61,907 nt of DNA, filler included, from Porpidia crustulata (GCA_964255105.1; 21 parts of 21 records of this genome joined end to end with filler, not necessarily neighbours in it); one strand, 5' to 3'. Shown: positions 39,983-53,169, counted from the whole stretch's first letter. The notes: generated from the sequence alone by a model not told the origin. Numbers and translations are program-made.

Positions 39983-41691
39983 CTATCGGAACTCATAAGT
40001 AGGAAACGTTTTCCTCTCCGGCATGAGCAACAAGTGCTGATAGGGTGTGCTCGACGGATCATAGTACAAACCTTCTACGTGACCGTCGGCACGCCGCAGG
40101 GAGACGTAGTAGAAACCGCTGATGGTGAGGGAGGACTGGGCGTCCGAGGGGGTGACGAAGCATTTCTCTGGGAGGTGGAGGTTTTTTCAGTACGGAGTTA
40201 GGGCGGAGCAAAGTAGAAGGGACCTTACCTTTCCATCTCATTAGAATCCACTTCATGCCCAACTCTTCCGTCAGCCATCGCTTGCTCACCAGGTTCCTCA
40301 CCATTTCGTCGTCTGTGAGTTCTTTGAATGGCGGCAGTTTCCGCCAATACGTGCCATCGACCCTTGGATCTGCGTTGAAGCTCTTGGTCTCCAGTGTGAA
40401 GGTATTGAAGTCGATGATTTCCCCCTCGAGGAAGGTGGTGATGCTGGATTCACGGGTTGGAGTTGATTTGTCCGGCACGTTGAAGGCTTCCATGGTGCCC
40501 GAGAGCGTCATGCTGGCGTAATCGATACCGTGGATAGTGACTTTCACGGGCCAGCGTTCATCGCCTTCTGGAGGGTAGCTTTGCTGTGTCGAGAAGGAGG
40601 AAGCGTAGGTTGAGCGTGGAATTCGTGTCGCTGTGGTGTTTGAGATTCTGTCGGTGAGTCTGGGTATGGTACTGTTGGTGGGAGGGGCGCGGGCTGCAGG
40701 TACGTTCTCGGACTGGCCATGGACGTAGTACTGAGGGAGTGAGGTGCCTCCTGCGGCGTGCTGAGAGCCAGAGAAAATGCCGCCAACCTTCAGCCATGAG
40801 CTTTCTGGTGGGGGCTCGATGGTTGTGGTATCTAATATAAAGTCCTCGTGGTTATAACTAAAGAATTTCCCTTTAACAAATCCGCCTGCTGCAGCTGAGG
40901 ACAGACTTTCCTGGTACGATTCACAGAAACGAAGGCGCTCCAGATATTTAATTGCTTCGTCAAGCCAACGCTTCTCGCCTGGTGGGGAAGTCAGAGGGGT
41001 CTCTAGATATTGCTGCCTGTAAGACTCTGTATGCCATCGCAGCCGTAGCTCGTCTTGTTGGTGTTCTTGATGTTCCCGTACCATCTGTCTATGGGCCCGT
41101 TCTTGAACCCGTTCTTGGCTTTCGTTTTGATGGCCTACACTTTCCCTGTCCAAGATGTAATTTTGTAATCGATTTCTCGAACGAGCGGAGAACTGCGTGT
41201 TCCTTCTGACAGACTGAAGCAACGCCGTTGTCCGCAGTGAAGAGTCAGTGGCAGATGGCGCACCCACGGCTCTATTATCAACTAATTGAGACCGGTCCGA
41301 ATTACGGTACGAGTAACGATGAGCACCACCCGAAGGCCACGATGTCGCTGGCAAATTCGATCCCCAATTGTTTCTTCTCATAGCACGTTCATTGTACAAT
41401 TGCGCAGCAGACCCAGAATTACTGGGTAGACCGTGATGCGTCTCCTCTTCATCGTCTGAACTCCCGGGTGCCCAGCCATGGTACCCAATCTGCTGCTGGG
41501 ATATCCGATCTGAATAGCTTGGCTCATGCGAGTCTCCCATCTCCTGCAGCTGCGCTGGCGTATACCGTCGGTGGGACGTGACTGCATTGACTGCCCTTCG
41601 CATCCGCCGCCGGCTGTCACTGTCGGTTGAGCCCGGGTTCTCGGCTGTCACTTGCGTCCCTCTGGCATGTCTTGGAGGGGAGATTGTGGGG
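39983..41691 (-). CDS. Vacuolar import and degradation protein (GID4/Vid24 family) with a long N-terminal extension, 5' truncated
   Basis: WLKVGGIFSGSQ, WPVKVTIH, LSGTMEAF, ITTFLEGEIIDF, WILMRWK|EKCFV, LTISGFYYVSLRRADGHVEGLYYDPSSTPYQHL. Confidence 0.88.
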
Positions 41692-42606
41692 NNNNNNNNN
41701 NNNNNNNNNNNNNNNNNNNNNNNNNNNNNNNNNNNTTAATTAATTAANNNNNNNNNNNNNNNNNNNNNNNNNNNNNNNNNNNNNNNNNNNNACACTCATG
41801 AGTAATGTGACAGATGAGCGGGAGACTACTGCTTCGAGCCAGGCTATCCGACGCTTGCTCATGCCATGCGTGATTCGAGGGTGCTGATACCGGGATAGAG
41901 GGTGGTGGGGGTGTACGATTTCGTGAGGGAAGTGGGAGAGAAGATGGTTTCACAAAGAAAGGCCAATATCTCCGATTGGATGAAGATGGCTTATATTCGC
42001 AAATGAAACCAAGCTTATAATCACTTTCTCGGGCCGATCACCATCCAAAAGATTGGCAACAACCATTGCTGCGGGCCGAGCACCCGAGTACAGCCAGGCG
42101 GCGATCAGGGCCCTTTAGCACCGATTTGGTTAGAGTCACTGCAATGCAACAATTGTGAATGACACTGTGACACTGTTTGACTGTCAGACTATCATTTTCG
42201 GGGAAACGGAAAGCTCCGCATCCGTACCCGGCTCCGCTTTACCTCTTAGAGCTAACTAATAGTGCACCAATCCATTTGTGTGCGACCTTATGCGATGGCT
42301 GTTCAGTTCAGCACTGGTAACACGAGGTTCAGACACCCAGATGGATGCCACAGTGTATCGTATGCTGGATGCGAAAATACGAAATGCCACCGTATGCTGG
42401 AGTGAGATTGGAGAGGAATACGCTGAGGATTAACATCACCATGCGATCGATCGGAACCGCCTGTAGCTGATCTCTCTTTCACGTTCAGACCTAGTCTTAT
42501 TTCAGCAACTTTTGGCCATCTATCAAAGCCATATCCGGATGTTGGCTCACGCACAATCTCCCAGTTAAGACCATTACCCACGCGGAAGTGAGCACATCAA
42601 GCAAAT

Positions 42607-44364
42607 ATGGCCACAGATGCGTCGTACGATTACATTATCATCGGGGGCGGCACGGCGGGATGCGTCCTGGCATCACGCCTGCTCGAGCGCCAGTCTTCGC
42701 TCTCCATTCTCGTCATCGAGGCTGGCAGTGACATCACCAACCATCCTCACGTCTACAACCCTCTCGAAGCGTCCCACTTACACTTCTCCGACATCGACTT
42801 CAAGTACTTTACCGTCCCACAGAAACATCTCGACAACAAGCCTCGCTATGTGTGCGGTGTCAAAGCACTTTCGGGGGCTATTGCTATCAATGCAGGTATG
42901 GTAGCATTAATAGCATCTGACCTAGATCGCGTTAGCTTCATCACTTCTTCGCCGTCAGATCACTAACACTCTGTCAAATCAGGTGGCTGGATTCGCGGCG
43001 ACAGACAAGATTACGATGACTGGGCTCGTGAAGCAGGGGATAGTCGTTGGAGCTACCAGGGTCAATTGCCTTACTTCCGGCGAAGCGAGCATCACTTCGA
43101 CCCAGGGGCAGATCCCGAACAGCATGGCTTCGAAGGACCGATGCATACTTCCTCAGTAACGACCAGCAGACGTAAATATCCGCTGCGCGAAACCATTCTC
43201 CAGGCCTGGAAACGCTTGGGATTAGAGGAGATTGAGGATGCGAACAACGGCTTTCCCCAGGGAATCGCCGAACTTGTGGAGAATAGGCGCGATGGGCTCC
43301 GTCAGCTAACCAGCCAAGTGTATCCTTTAAAAGGCGCTCAAATTTTGACCGAGAATATGGTCAAACGGGTCCTTCTGAATGATGGCTCACATGGCAAAGT
43401 CGCCATAGGCGTCGAGCTAGCTGATGCTCGGCAACTGCATGTCAAGACCGGAGGGGAAGTTCTCCTCTGCGGCGGATCCTATCGCTCCCCACAAGTCCTT
43501 ATGCTCTCAGGTATCGGCCCCAAGGAAGAACTCGCAAAGCATAATATCCCCCAACATGTCGACTCTCCATGGGTCGGACGAAACTTTCACGATCACCAAA
43601 TGATCTTCCGCTATTGGAAACTCCGCCACCCGGAAAAAGGCCTCGCGATGGGATCTCCCGCCCTTACCGATCCGGCCTTCCAGAGAGGGAATCCCGCAGA
43701 CTGGCTCGCGACCCTAACCGTACCAGCACAGGGCCTCAAAGCCGCTATTGCCAAGGACGAATGCATCCCCATCGTTAGCGATAACCACGTCCTTGTCAAG
43801 GGTCCCCGCTCCCACCTCGAAATGAATGTCCTCTACGCTACTTTTGGCGCCGAACAGATCGGCCTCGATATTCCCCTCAACGGTAGCGCCATTATGTCCT
43901 ACTACATGGCATGCCTGCCTTCGGCGCGCGGCAGTATCACCCTCGCCTCCGCTGACCCCGTCGCCCACCCTGTCATCGACCCCAACTATTGCGGCACCGA
44001 GGCTGACCTCTTCGTCATGCGCGAAGGGTGGCGCGTGTTATCGCAGCTCATGCTCGAGACGCCCGAGGGCCAAGAGCTGGTGGCCAATGAAATTTTGCCC
44101 GAGGGCCATAATTGCTTGCCGTCTACGGCGTCAGACGCGGAGATCGATCGGCGTATCAAAATGGGCGGCTTGAGTTGTAGTCACCCTGGCGCGAGCTGTA
44201 GTATGGGTAAGGTGGTCGATGCCGAATGTCGAGTCAAGGGGGTGCAAGGGCTGAGGGTCGTGGATGCCAGTGTGATTCCAGTGCCATTGGCGGCGCATTA
44301 CCAGGCACCTGTCTTCGCATTGGCGGAGCAGGCGGTAGATATCATTCTTGTGGCGAGGAAGTAA
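42607..44364 (+). CDS. GMC oxidoreductase (glucose/alcohol dehydrogenase-like)
   Basis: YDYIIIGGGTAGCVLASRL FAD motif, SPQVLMLSGIGP, VGRNFHDH, HPGASCSMG, LRVVDASVIP; one intron. Confidence 0.94.
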
Positions 44365-45561
44365 TTAGGACTACCTAGTCGTGCCTTGCCTCAGTTCTCA
44401 GAAGATGCCGATGGCTACGTCATAGCTAAACTTCTTCGAATTAGCTTTTCACGCTAAACTTTTTCGTTTTAATCGTTAATCGACTACCTTACGCAGCGTA
44501 CGAACGACACCTTTTAACGTAAAAATTATTAGAATAATTAGATTTGCGTTCGTCGATTATATTGTAACGGTTGTCCCTTTAACAACACAAGATATAAACA
44601 GAGAGAGTAATAGANNNNNNNNNNNNNNNNNNNNNNNNNNNNNNNNNNNNNNNNNNNNTTAATTAATTAANNNNNNNNNNNNNNNNNNNNNNNNNNNNNN
44701 NNNNNNNNNNNNNNCCCACCTACCCACCTCCCGCCGCGAGGGACTCCATCCTATGAATGAGTTTTAGTACGGTTCCTTTGGCGATTCAGAAGAACAGATT
44801 GACTGTCCATTAGCCTTTGCTAAGGCTACGCTTGACTTTGGAAAAAATCAGGTGAAACGCCGTTTAAAGTGCGAAATCGAATGTTCTGAAGACTCTTTCA
44901 AATGTTTAATCCTTAAAGAGAGAATATCAAGCAAAGGTGTTTGGAATTCTGGAACGACTTCTCTCTATCGCGAAGTTGCTCAACCCAAGACATGTAGATG
45001 AGAGGTTACGCAGTTGAGACAATCTACTTACATACTGGATGACGGTGCCCATGTAGATTGGGCCATGTTGCCCCTCAAGGATCCGGGATAGTTGAGAATC
45101 GGTAGACATGCTTGTAACGATAACATCAGTATACTGTCTACATATTACAGTGATATACCTATGTGGAGAAATGGAGAGTGATAGAATATGATATGAAAAG
45201 GAAGTGAAAGGTCTGAGAGTCTTGATTATTATCTCGTAGTCGCCAGAATCATAGCGACCGCATACAGCTAGTTCAATCTTCTAGGGCATTTCGAGTATCG
45301 GTTATACCTTCATATATACGAGATGATTGCTCATTCACCGTGTGAAAAAGGTAAAACTTATCTGATGACGTAGCAGGAAGGTGTATTATTCTGTAGTACA
45401 CAGAGCACGATTTTCTATTCTGCTTTCTCCCCTTCTCTCTTCAAGCTGTTACGTAGAAACTAGAAGATAGAGCTGTTAGGTGTTCAATACCAAGAGCCAA
45501 ATTCCCAATTCTACACAGCTGCTGAGTACGGTAAGATAGAAGTCTTCACGCTAACGAAAGC

Positions 45562-47338
45562 ATGAAGAAATCGAGCACCAACCTTGGCCTGTCAACAGGG
45601 AGCCCAAAGCTCTCCCCACGTCGCTCGAAGAGAGTGAAGAGAGATTCTGCTGACAAGTTCACAGAAAACAAGCTTGAAATTCCAGTTTCGACTGAGGATG
45701 AAGAGCAAAACGTTGATGACGATCTGGATGCAGATTTTGTTGTAGACGGAGAGAACGAACTAGAAGAAGATGATGCCCTGTCGGACCTCGAGAGCGAAGC
45801 TATTGCTGCTGCCTTGAGTGACGATGAAGAGGACTCTATCGGCACTGATGACGATGAGGGAGTCGACTGGAACGATCCAGTCGATATTTCTTCAGGTGAG
45901 TAGACCACCTTAGATGTGTTGCAATCTGAAGCTTATTGAGTGCCCATAGATCCAGATGTTCTTCGGTTTGAGAGGCATATTGCCTTCATTGTACAAGAGG
46001 TGAAAGCTTGCGCTAGTGCCTGGGATACCGACAGGGACTGGACCAAAGGCCCTTCCACTCGCAATTGGCACCAGTGGTGGTGTCAAGTCGGTGAGTCCAA
46101 CCTTCTTGAGACCTACATGGCTGCTATTCCACAGTGGGTCAGACGAAAGTTAGGCAGTGGAGATCTGTCGGTTTGTCCGACTAGTGGAAGGATTCACGCG
46201 TTGGCGTGTATCTTGACATTGTAACGAAACCCAAGGCATTTGAACTTTATATTGGTTCTACTACGGCTACTAAATCCAAGTATCCAAGGGACCAAGGACC
46301 ATGGGCACGACTTGGTCAATATAGACGCTTTGCTGGGAAAAGGTGTGCCGATGAAGCCCAACAACGACCAGAGCACGGCTCATGTTGCCGCAATAATGGA
46401 TCCACGTAATAAGATGGATCTCCGCATAATTGCGACGTTTGCGAAAGGCATACCTCTTCCATATGTCACTTCCCTCGAAACAGTCATGATTCTGTACCTG
46501 GGCAGTTGCAAGGCTTCCCCGTCGGCTTCGAGATCAGAGAACTTGATCCGACTCCTCAAAGCAGCCAGACCAGATAATGTGTATTCGAAGTATGCGCCAT
46601 TGAACGGCACTTTGCCAAGTATGCAAGGTTGTCGACGACGTGCACACATCGTTGATCCCACACAGATCCACCATTTGCAGCGTGGGCTATTACGCAAGCG
46701 CACCCATGTGCTAATTGTGGCACTCTCTTTGATGACACCTGGAAATGTGAAAAGGGAAACCCAGATGTGGCAGTTGCCTTAGTTATCTTTGACGAAATGG
46801 TCACAAGGAACGGAAGACTCCGCTTGCAAGGGATAGGATCCAGACTCACTGTTGGATTCCGTACTGGCTGAGTAGGAGGACCATCAAACAACGCGACATT
46901 GCGGTTTCGGAATACGTGGCAATGATCCATGAACAGGTGGATAACTCGCCAAATGGTGCTTTGGCACCAGTACCAACCTCGCGGGCTGGTGGATCTTCGA
47001 TGGAGTTGAATCTACATCGAATGATCCAAGCCCAGCAGAGCGTCGCCCGAGTGCTCATGTTTCCTCTTTGGCAAACAAAGCAGCCTCAGCGCAGCCAAAT
47101 CAGACGTATGCTGCACCAAATCTATAGCGCAAGACTCACAAGAGAAAGGCGGCTTGATGAGGAACACGACGAATGGTCTGATGGAGACGGAGACGAAGAT
47201 GTGAAGACATTGACGTCTCTCCCCGGTGTGGCTCACTCGAACATTCGGCGTTGGCCTTTTGTCTCCTGTTCGCAGCTGTCCACACTCTACAGGGGCATTG
47301 CAGTGCCTGGCTTGTCCAGGACTGCGAAGTCCACGTAG
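45562..47338 (+). pseudogene. Decayed gene: acidic N-terminus + GIY-YIG-like nuclease motif + GATA-like zinc finger
   Basis: GVY-x12-YIG (46203-46256), WARLGQY, LETVMIL, PLNGTLP; CANC-x16-CGSC across a frameshift (46707-46777); stops at 46182 and 46790. Confidence 0.55.
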
Positions 47339-48038
47339 AACAGAGTGAAGAGAAGTATGGCCCAACGATATGCTGCTTCGAAAAGGGAAAAAAAAAGGCG
47401 GGGAAGGCCCAAAAGGCCAAGAATACTGCTTTTGGTAATGCACCCACCATCTGCTTCGCTATTCACTCAGCTGTAGCATGCCCAATATCGTAGTTTGATG
47501 CTATTCACATCACTTGCCCCCAAGTTGAACACNNNNNNNNNNNNNNNNNNNNNNNNNNNNNNNNNNNNNNNNNNNNTTAATTAATTAANNNNNNNNNNNN
47601 NNNNNNNNNNNNNNNNNNNNNNNNNNNNNNNNGGGCAATATAGGGCGCCTGGGCTACGAGCATCGGAGGGTGGATATGACGCTACGCCGTACTATCTTCA
47701 CCGGGGGTTGAGATCGCGGGTGGGAGCTGAGGCTAAGAAGGGCGTGTTTTTCTCCCTGTCAACTCTGACTTGTATTGCGGACCTAAACTGCAATGACGAG
47801 ACCGCTCGTTGGGACGAAATAAAATGCTAGGCGATATCTACTATATAGAAAACGATGAGAAGAAGGCCCTTCGCACGAGCACACACGCCTTGATTGCCTA
47901 GACCCTGCAACACCAGTGAAGATTGAGAACGTTCCACGGCCCTGAAAACATACCTGCGTGAATCTTGAAGAGCAATAATCCTACCCTTCGCTTTCCATCA
48001 ATCTTGTAACCCCCCATCCCCCTGCTGATGAAGAACCC

Positions 48039-49391
48039 TCACTCCCAGTCCGGTTCCTCATCCTCCTCCTCATTCTCCTTCTTATCCTTTGGACTCCCGG
48101 GCGCCCTACTGGTGGCACCACTCACGAGATCATAGCTCGCATCGCTATCAGCTTGACTTTTCTCGTCCTGGGACCTGCGTCCTTGGGCGTCTGCGGGTTT
48201 CAACTGCGATGAGGAATTGGCGGTGGTTGTTGAAGCTGACTCCGATGTTGGCTGTGGCTGGGGGAGAAGAGTGGTGGAGGAGGAGTGGGAGGTTGAGGTG
48301 AGTGCGGGTTTGGGAGTAGGATGTGGGGTGGAGGGGGTGGATTCGTGATCTGTGTCGGAGTCATCATCCCAGGAGATGGGTTCATCGGGCGTGAGGGCTG
48401 CGCCTGAGAGGGTGCAGAGGGTGGTCAGTAGAGAGTCTTGAGTGATCAAAAAAGGCAACTGCGGTAGAAGCTCGTTACCTTTCAGCATTTCTCGTCTTCG
48501 CTGCTCCTCGGATTCGACGACCATTCGGAGGAAATAGTATCGCGTCCAGAATTGCGGATACTCAACCTTTTCCGGGACAAGCTTCTCCATTGACCTTCGC
48601 AGCTCTTCATACTTTTCCAAATCTGCCGCTATCGCGTCAGTCTTCTGCTCAACGTCGAGTTCGCTTTTCCACTTCTCGAATTCCGGGCTGATGGGGTCTT
48701 TGGAGAAGCTGTCGATGGAGGAATGTATGGCATGTAGTTGAGCTTCGAAGCGCGTGGTATGAATAACCCGTTTCCCGTCTTGGTCCTTGCTTTCGAAAAG
48801 CACTTTGCTTGTGCCGTCTTTATTGACCTCTTCCGTAGGCGGCGCAATGCTGACGGCATCTCGAAGGAAGTTGCGGACATTGGTGCCAAACTTTAGTAGA
48901 GCCTCGTCCGCTGCGTCCTCTGCCTTTTCAATCTCCTTCAATCGTTTTGTAGCTTCCGTTCGGAATCGCGAAATGATGCCTTCGGATTCTCGCAGCGCTT
49001 CGCTTTCCGAGCGCTCTTGAGTTTCGGCGGTCGTGGAAGGTTCTCCACTGACATCCTTGCTCGTTGTTGGCGTTGCTGGAGGACTTTGACCCGTTGACAT
49101 AGATCTAGCTCGACTAACAATCGTAGATCTTAGATCCGTGAATCCTTTAAGAGCTTCCCCGCTTGCAGCAGAAGCTTCCTGCCGTGCGCCCTCGTAGTAG
49201 GTTTCACTCTGCTTTTTGACATCACTGAAGAAGCCACCTAGTCTGGCCCCCCAAGGGCTCGCAGAAAATGACTTGTAGGCCTCCTGAAATTCAGAGTTGA
49301 GGTTGCCTTGCTTCTGCTTCTCTCCCTCTTTCTTGGCAGCTTCGTCCGGAGAGAGGACCTCCTCTTGGATGTGGTCATATGCGATGTCCAT
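48039..49391 (-). CDS. BSD-domain protein (Dos2-like)
   Basis: MDIAYDHIQEE, SPWGARLGGFF, RFEAQLHAIH, MEKLVPEKVEYPQFWTRYYF, C-terminal EPDWE; one intron near 48412-48477. Confidence 0.88.
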   Translation of the reverse strand: MDIAYDHIQEEVLSPDEAAKKEGEKQKQGNLNSEFQEAYKSFSASPWGARLGGFFSDVKKQSETYYEGARQEASAASGEALKGFTDLRSTIVSRARSMSTGQSPPATPTTSKDVSGEPSTTAETQERSESEALRESEGIISRFRTEATKRLKEIEKAEDAADEALLKFGTNVRNFLRDAVSIAPPTEEVNKDGTSKVLFESKDQDGKRVIHTTRFEAQLHAIHSSIDSFSKDPISPEFEKWKSELDVEQKTDAIAADLEKYEELRRSMEKLVPEKVEYPQFWTRYYFLRMVVESEEQRRREMLKGNELLPQLPFLITQDSLLTTLCTLSGAALTPDEPISWDDDSDTDHESTPSTPHPTPKPALTSTSHSSSTTLLPQPQPTSESASTTTANSSSQLKPADAQGRRSQDEKSQADSDASYDLVSGATSRAPGSPKDKKENEEEDEEPDWE

Positions 49392-49660
49392 CACGTCCTG
49401 GATAGAGACAGTTTCTCATGAGTGTCTGGAATGCTCTGTAATACCTCAAGGTTCAGGATGGACTGGTGGGCTGCTCGGGATCAGGAGTGATGCAACATGA
49501 GGTGATTGGATGTTCTAGGCCGCAAGCAGCTGGCGGTGGATGATGGCAGCGGGACCGGCTATTTCCGCGCTTTTGCAGGGGTTCTGTTGCATCCGAGCAT
49601 GTGTGCATGTTGACTACCGATACTTCCAATTAGAGCACTATCAAAAATGAAGCGACTGAT

Positions 49661-50441
49661 ATGAGTAGAAGACTATTCTCTCATCTATCATACTTGCGAC
49701 ATGAGAACCCATTAGTGAGTTACTTTTTCTCCTCACTTTATCAAAGCTGAGCTTCTAGGGGCTACCGCGCTCTGGCACTCCCCCGCAGCTTCCTCGACGC
49801 CAAAGGGGTTTGCCGGAGAAACGAAGTATAAAAGATGTGAGAAAAGTGATAGCTGTCTCATCGGCAAAAGGGGGAGTAGGAAAATCAACGATAGCAGGTA
49901 GGAAGGTGCTTAGAGTCGATACTTTCTCCATAATTGATCTCTCTCAGTCAATCTTGCATTAGCCTACGCTCGAAGTGGGTATCGGAGCGGAATCTTGGAC
50001 ACAGACATCTTCGGCCCATCCATTCCTACTTTGTTGAATCTATCGGGAGAGCCTCGTCTTTCTCCAAGTAACAAATGGCCATCTAACCGTACGACTCGGA
50101 AATACTTACACCAACCACAGACAACCAGCTCATACCCCTATCGAATTATGGCGTCAAATCCATGTCCATGGGCTACCTCGTTGATGAGAAAGCGCCCGTA
50201 GTATGGAGAGGGCTCATGGTTATGAAAGCCTTGCAGCAATTACTACACGAAGTCGACTGGGGAGGCCTGGATATCCTCGTCCTGGACTTGCCGCCTGGCA
50301 CCGGCGATACGCAATTAACCATCACACAACAAATCCTGCTAGACGGTACCGCCACGCCACCCGTCCTTGATATCCAACTTTCTAACAAACAAAACAGGCG
50401 CCATCATCATCTCCACACCCCAAGACATCGCCCTCAAAGAC
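49661..50441 (+). CDS. IND1: Mitochondrial Fe-S cluster P-loop NTPase Ind1/NUBPL (Mrp/NBP35 family), 3' truncated
   Basis: MSRRLFSH presequence, [55 protein letters not shown]. Confidence 0.88.
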
Positions 50442-50804
50442 NNNNNNNNNNNNNNNNNNNNNNNNNNNNNNNNNNNNNNNNNNNNTTAATTAATTAANNN
50501 NNNNNNNNNNNNNNNNNNNNNNNNNNNNNNNNNNNNNNNNNGCATTGGGGGTATTTTATGTTTGAGATAGACAGTCGATGGCCTTCATGAGAATTAGAAT
50601 TCAGACGCTTCTCTCCCACGATAGATTTCTGTAAGTCGTTGGAATTACCTCTGAAAAGAAATCATCTACCATGTCTCTTTCCCCCTTCACACCCCTCTTG
50701 CTGCTTTTCTCTTTCCTTCTCTTTCGGAATAACGTTTAAAACCCCTGCTTCACCCTATCTACAGCAAAAACATTAATATAAACCAAATAACTCCTTGAAC
50801 ATCC

Positions 50805-51022
50805 ACATACGACCATAGACGCAGGAGAAATGGGCATCCCGTCNNNNNNNNNNNNNNNNNNNNNNNNNNNNNNNNNNNNNNNNNNNNNNNNNNNNNNNNN
50901 NNNNNNNNNNNNNNNNNNNNNNNNNNNNNNNNNNNNNNNNNNNCGCTCTGCCATACACAAGCCTGCGATCGGAAGGTCAGTAGTTGGGTCGGTGACGATC
51001 AACGAATCTCTTCTGTTGTATG
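50805..51022 (+). rRNA. 5S rRNA gene, copy 1 (interrupted by a 100-N scaffold gap)
   Basis: ACATACGACCATAG...CATCCCGTC[N100]CGCTCTGCC...GTTGTATG followed by a T-run; AT-rich box at about -30. Confidence 0.9.
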
Positions 51023-51250
51023 TTTTTTCCTTTTTTGGGTTTTTGGGGAGGAGGGGGGTTGGGTTGATCGGAGAACCTGTGTTTTTCTATGTTTTTTTTC
51101 TTCTTTTTTTCTTCTTTTCTTCTTTCCGCTTTCTCCTTTCCTTCAAACCAAACATCCCAAACCGACCCCTATCTTCGTCATCACTCCTTTTCCCCACACC
51201 CTGTAGCAAAAGTATCTGTCTATATGTATTAAATTATTTATTTAGCTTCC

Positions 51251-51368
51251 ACATACGACCATAGACACAGGAGAAATGGGCATCCCGTCCGCTCTGCCAT
51301 ACACAAGCCTGCGATCGGAAGGTCAGTAGTTGGGTCGGTGACGACCAGCGAATCCCTTCTGTTGTATG
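51251..51368 (+). rRNA. 5S rRNA gene, copy 2 (complete, 118 nt)
   Basis: Canonical ascomycete 5S sequence, terminal helix ACATACGAC/GTTGTATG, oligo-T Pol III terminator, TATA-like element at about -30. Confidence 0.96.
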
Positions 51369-51813
51369 TTTTTGGTTTTTTTTGGTGGGTTTTTGGGATT
51401 GGGTAGGGGTAAGAGGTGGGTTGCGGACAGGTTTATTGTATCTAGGACGAGTGCTAGCGGTATGTTGGGAGATGTACTCCTCGTAATCACTTTTAGGAGG
51501 TCTTCTTGGTTTATGATGTTGTTAAACAGATCTATTGCGGTTGCATCTTGTTTAGGTGGAAGTGCATGCTTGGTTGTAAATTACTGGTATTTGACATGTT
51601 GTTCGGTCGTTCGAATTGATGTAGATATTGAAAGATGCTTGATGAATGTCTCATCACTGTATTTGTCGCAAGCTTCGGAGTTATCAAATATAGTATATAT
51701 TAAAAGGCTATATGTAGGAAACGAGATCACATATGTCATCCATTGGATCCGCTCATTAGCCATACTCAAATCGCTGACGTGAGTCCGGAAATCCAGGAAT
51801 CTCGCGAGTTGAC

Positions 51814-53169
51814 TCAGAAGATCGCGGTACCATTCACATGCGTACTGACTCCACCTAACGACCCAAAATTATCAGCGACAAATTCCTCACCGAAAAACCA
51901 AGGCCAAACTCACCAGGTGCGTTAGCCGGGGTACTAGTAACAAAGAAGAACCACCTGTTTCTCTCAAGACATTTCTCGGAAAGTTTCTCAAGATCGACCA
52001 TTTCGCCAATAGGACAGCCCCATAGGGCAAGCATATATTCATGTAGATAGTAGTCTACCAGTCGTCAGCCGTACTCTTCTGTAAAGTAAAGTCCTCACCT
52101 TTCTTAGATGGCCACGCCTCGAAAGCAGGAGCATCTCCACCAGCAGCAGCAAAGTAGCAATCGTGGAGCCAGTCCAAGATACTCTCCTCCTGGGCGATAC
52201 CCGCATATCGCTGACCATCATCGGGACCAAACTGGTGCTCACGTACGGCTAGTTTGGTACGTTCCTCAGATGACTTGCCGTAATACGATTTGATGAAGCC
52301 GCTACGGACAAATAGGATGTCTCCTATCTTTATGTCTCCACCTTGAGACTCTGGGCGAATGTCAATCCCTTGCTCTTTGCCGCATTGGTAAAGATCCTCA
52401 TAGGATATTGGATGAGTCTCGTATGAATCATATTGGATACCCTTCTTATCCGCATAAGATCTGTAGTCGAGCAATACGCCGCGACCGGCAAATCCATGCT
52501 CAGCCCAATGGTGGATGGAGCACTTGTCATTTGCTTTGGGACCGGTGATATCTTCGCCACGAGTATTATTGTAGAACGTTTGAGAGCTAAGGTGTGCGAC
52601 CTGGGATAACTTAGCATTGAATGTTAGAAACAGTTGAAGGGCTGGGGACGGACATGTCGAAAGCCATCCCATTGAGTGCCGCTCTGGGTATTTAGAGTAT
52701 ATTTATCATCATAGGCCAAGTTTTCCATGAGCGTCTTGATCTCATGCTGAAATGGTTCGCGCCCAAAGCCGGGAACTTCGGGGACGTTCAATGGTAAGCT
52801 GGACGCGATCTTAGCCGAAGCAATCACTATACTAAGTTCTCTCCTACTTTAGAGACACCATCTCCCCAGTCTTGATTTCAGCACTAGCAGCTTTGACTCT
52901 TGTCGGGGTAAGGAGATTTATGCGGCCGAGCTAGTTTCGATATTAATGCTAGGTAAAATTCATCTCTTGCTCTGGTTTCCTACATTATCATCTTTTCCCC
53001 ATACCCACGCAGCTTCTGAGGGTCCATCTGGCCGACGGGGGACATTTTTCCGGGTAGGAAACCTTGCGCAGTCCGGGTCAAAGGGTATAGTGGTGGCAGT
53101 CTTGCTCATGGTTATAAAGTCTTTGACCTGAGCCAATCGAGCTTGGACTGTTGATGCACTGTCGGTCAT
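51814..53169 (-). CDS. Putative cyclase / kynurenine formamidase-like family protein
   Basis: AAWVWGKDD, SLPLNVP..PGFGREPFQH, DDKYTLNTQSGTQWDGFRH, GRGVLLDY, GDILFVRSG, AGGDAPAFEAWP, GCPIGEMVDLEKL; multiple introns. Confidence 0.88.
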
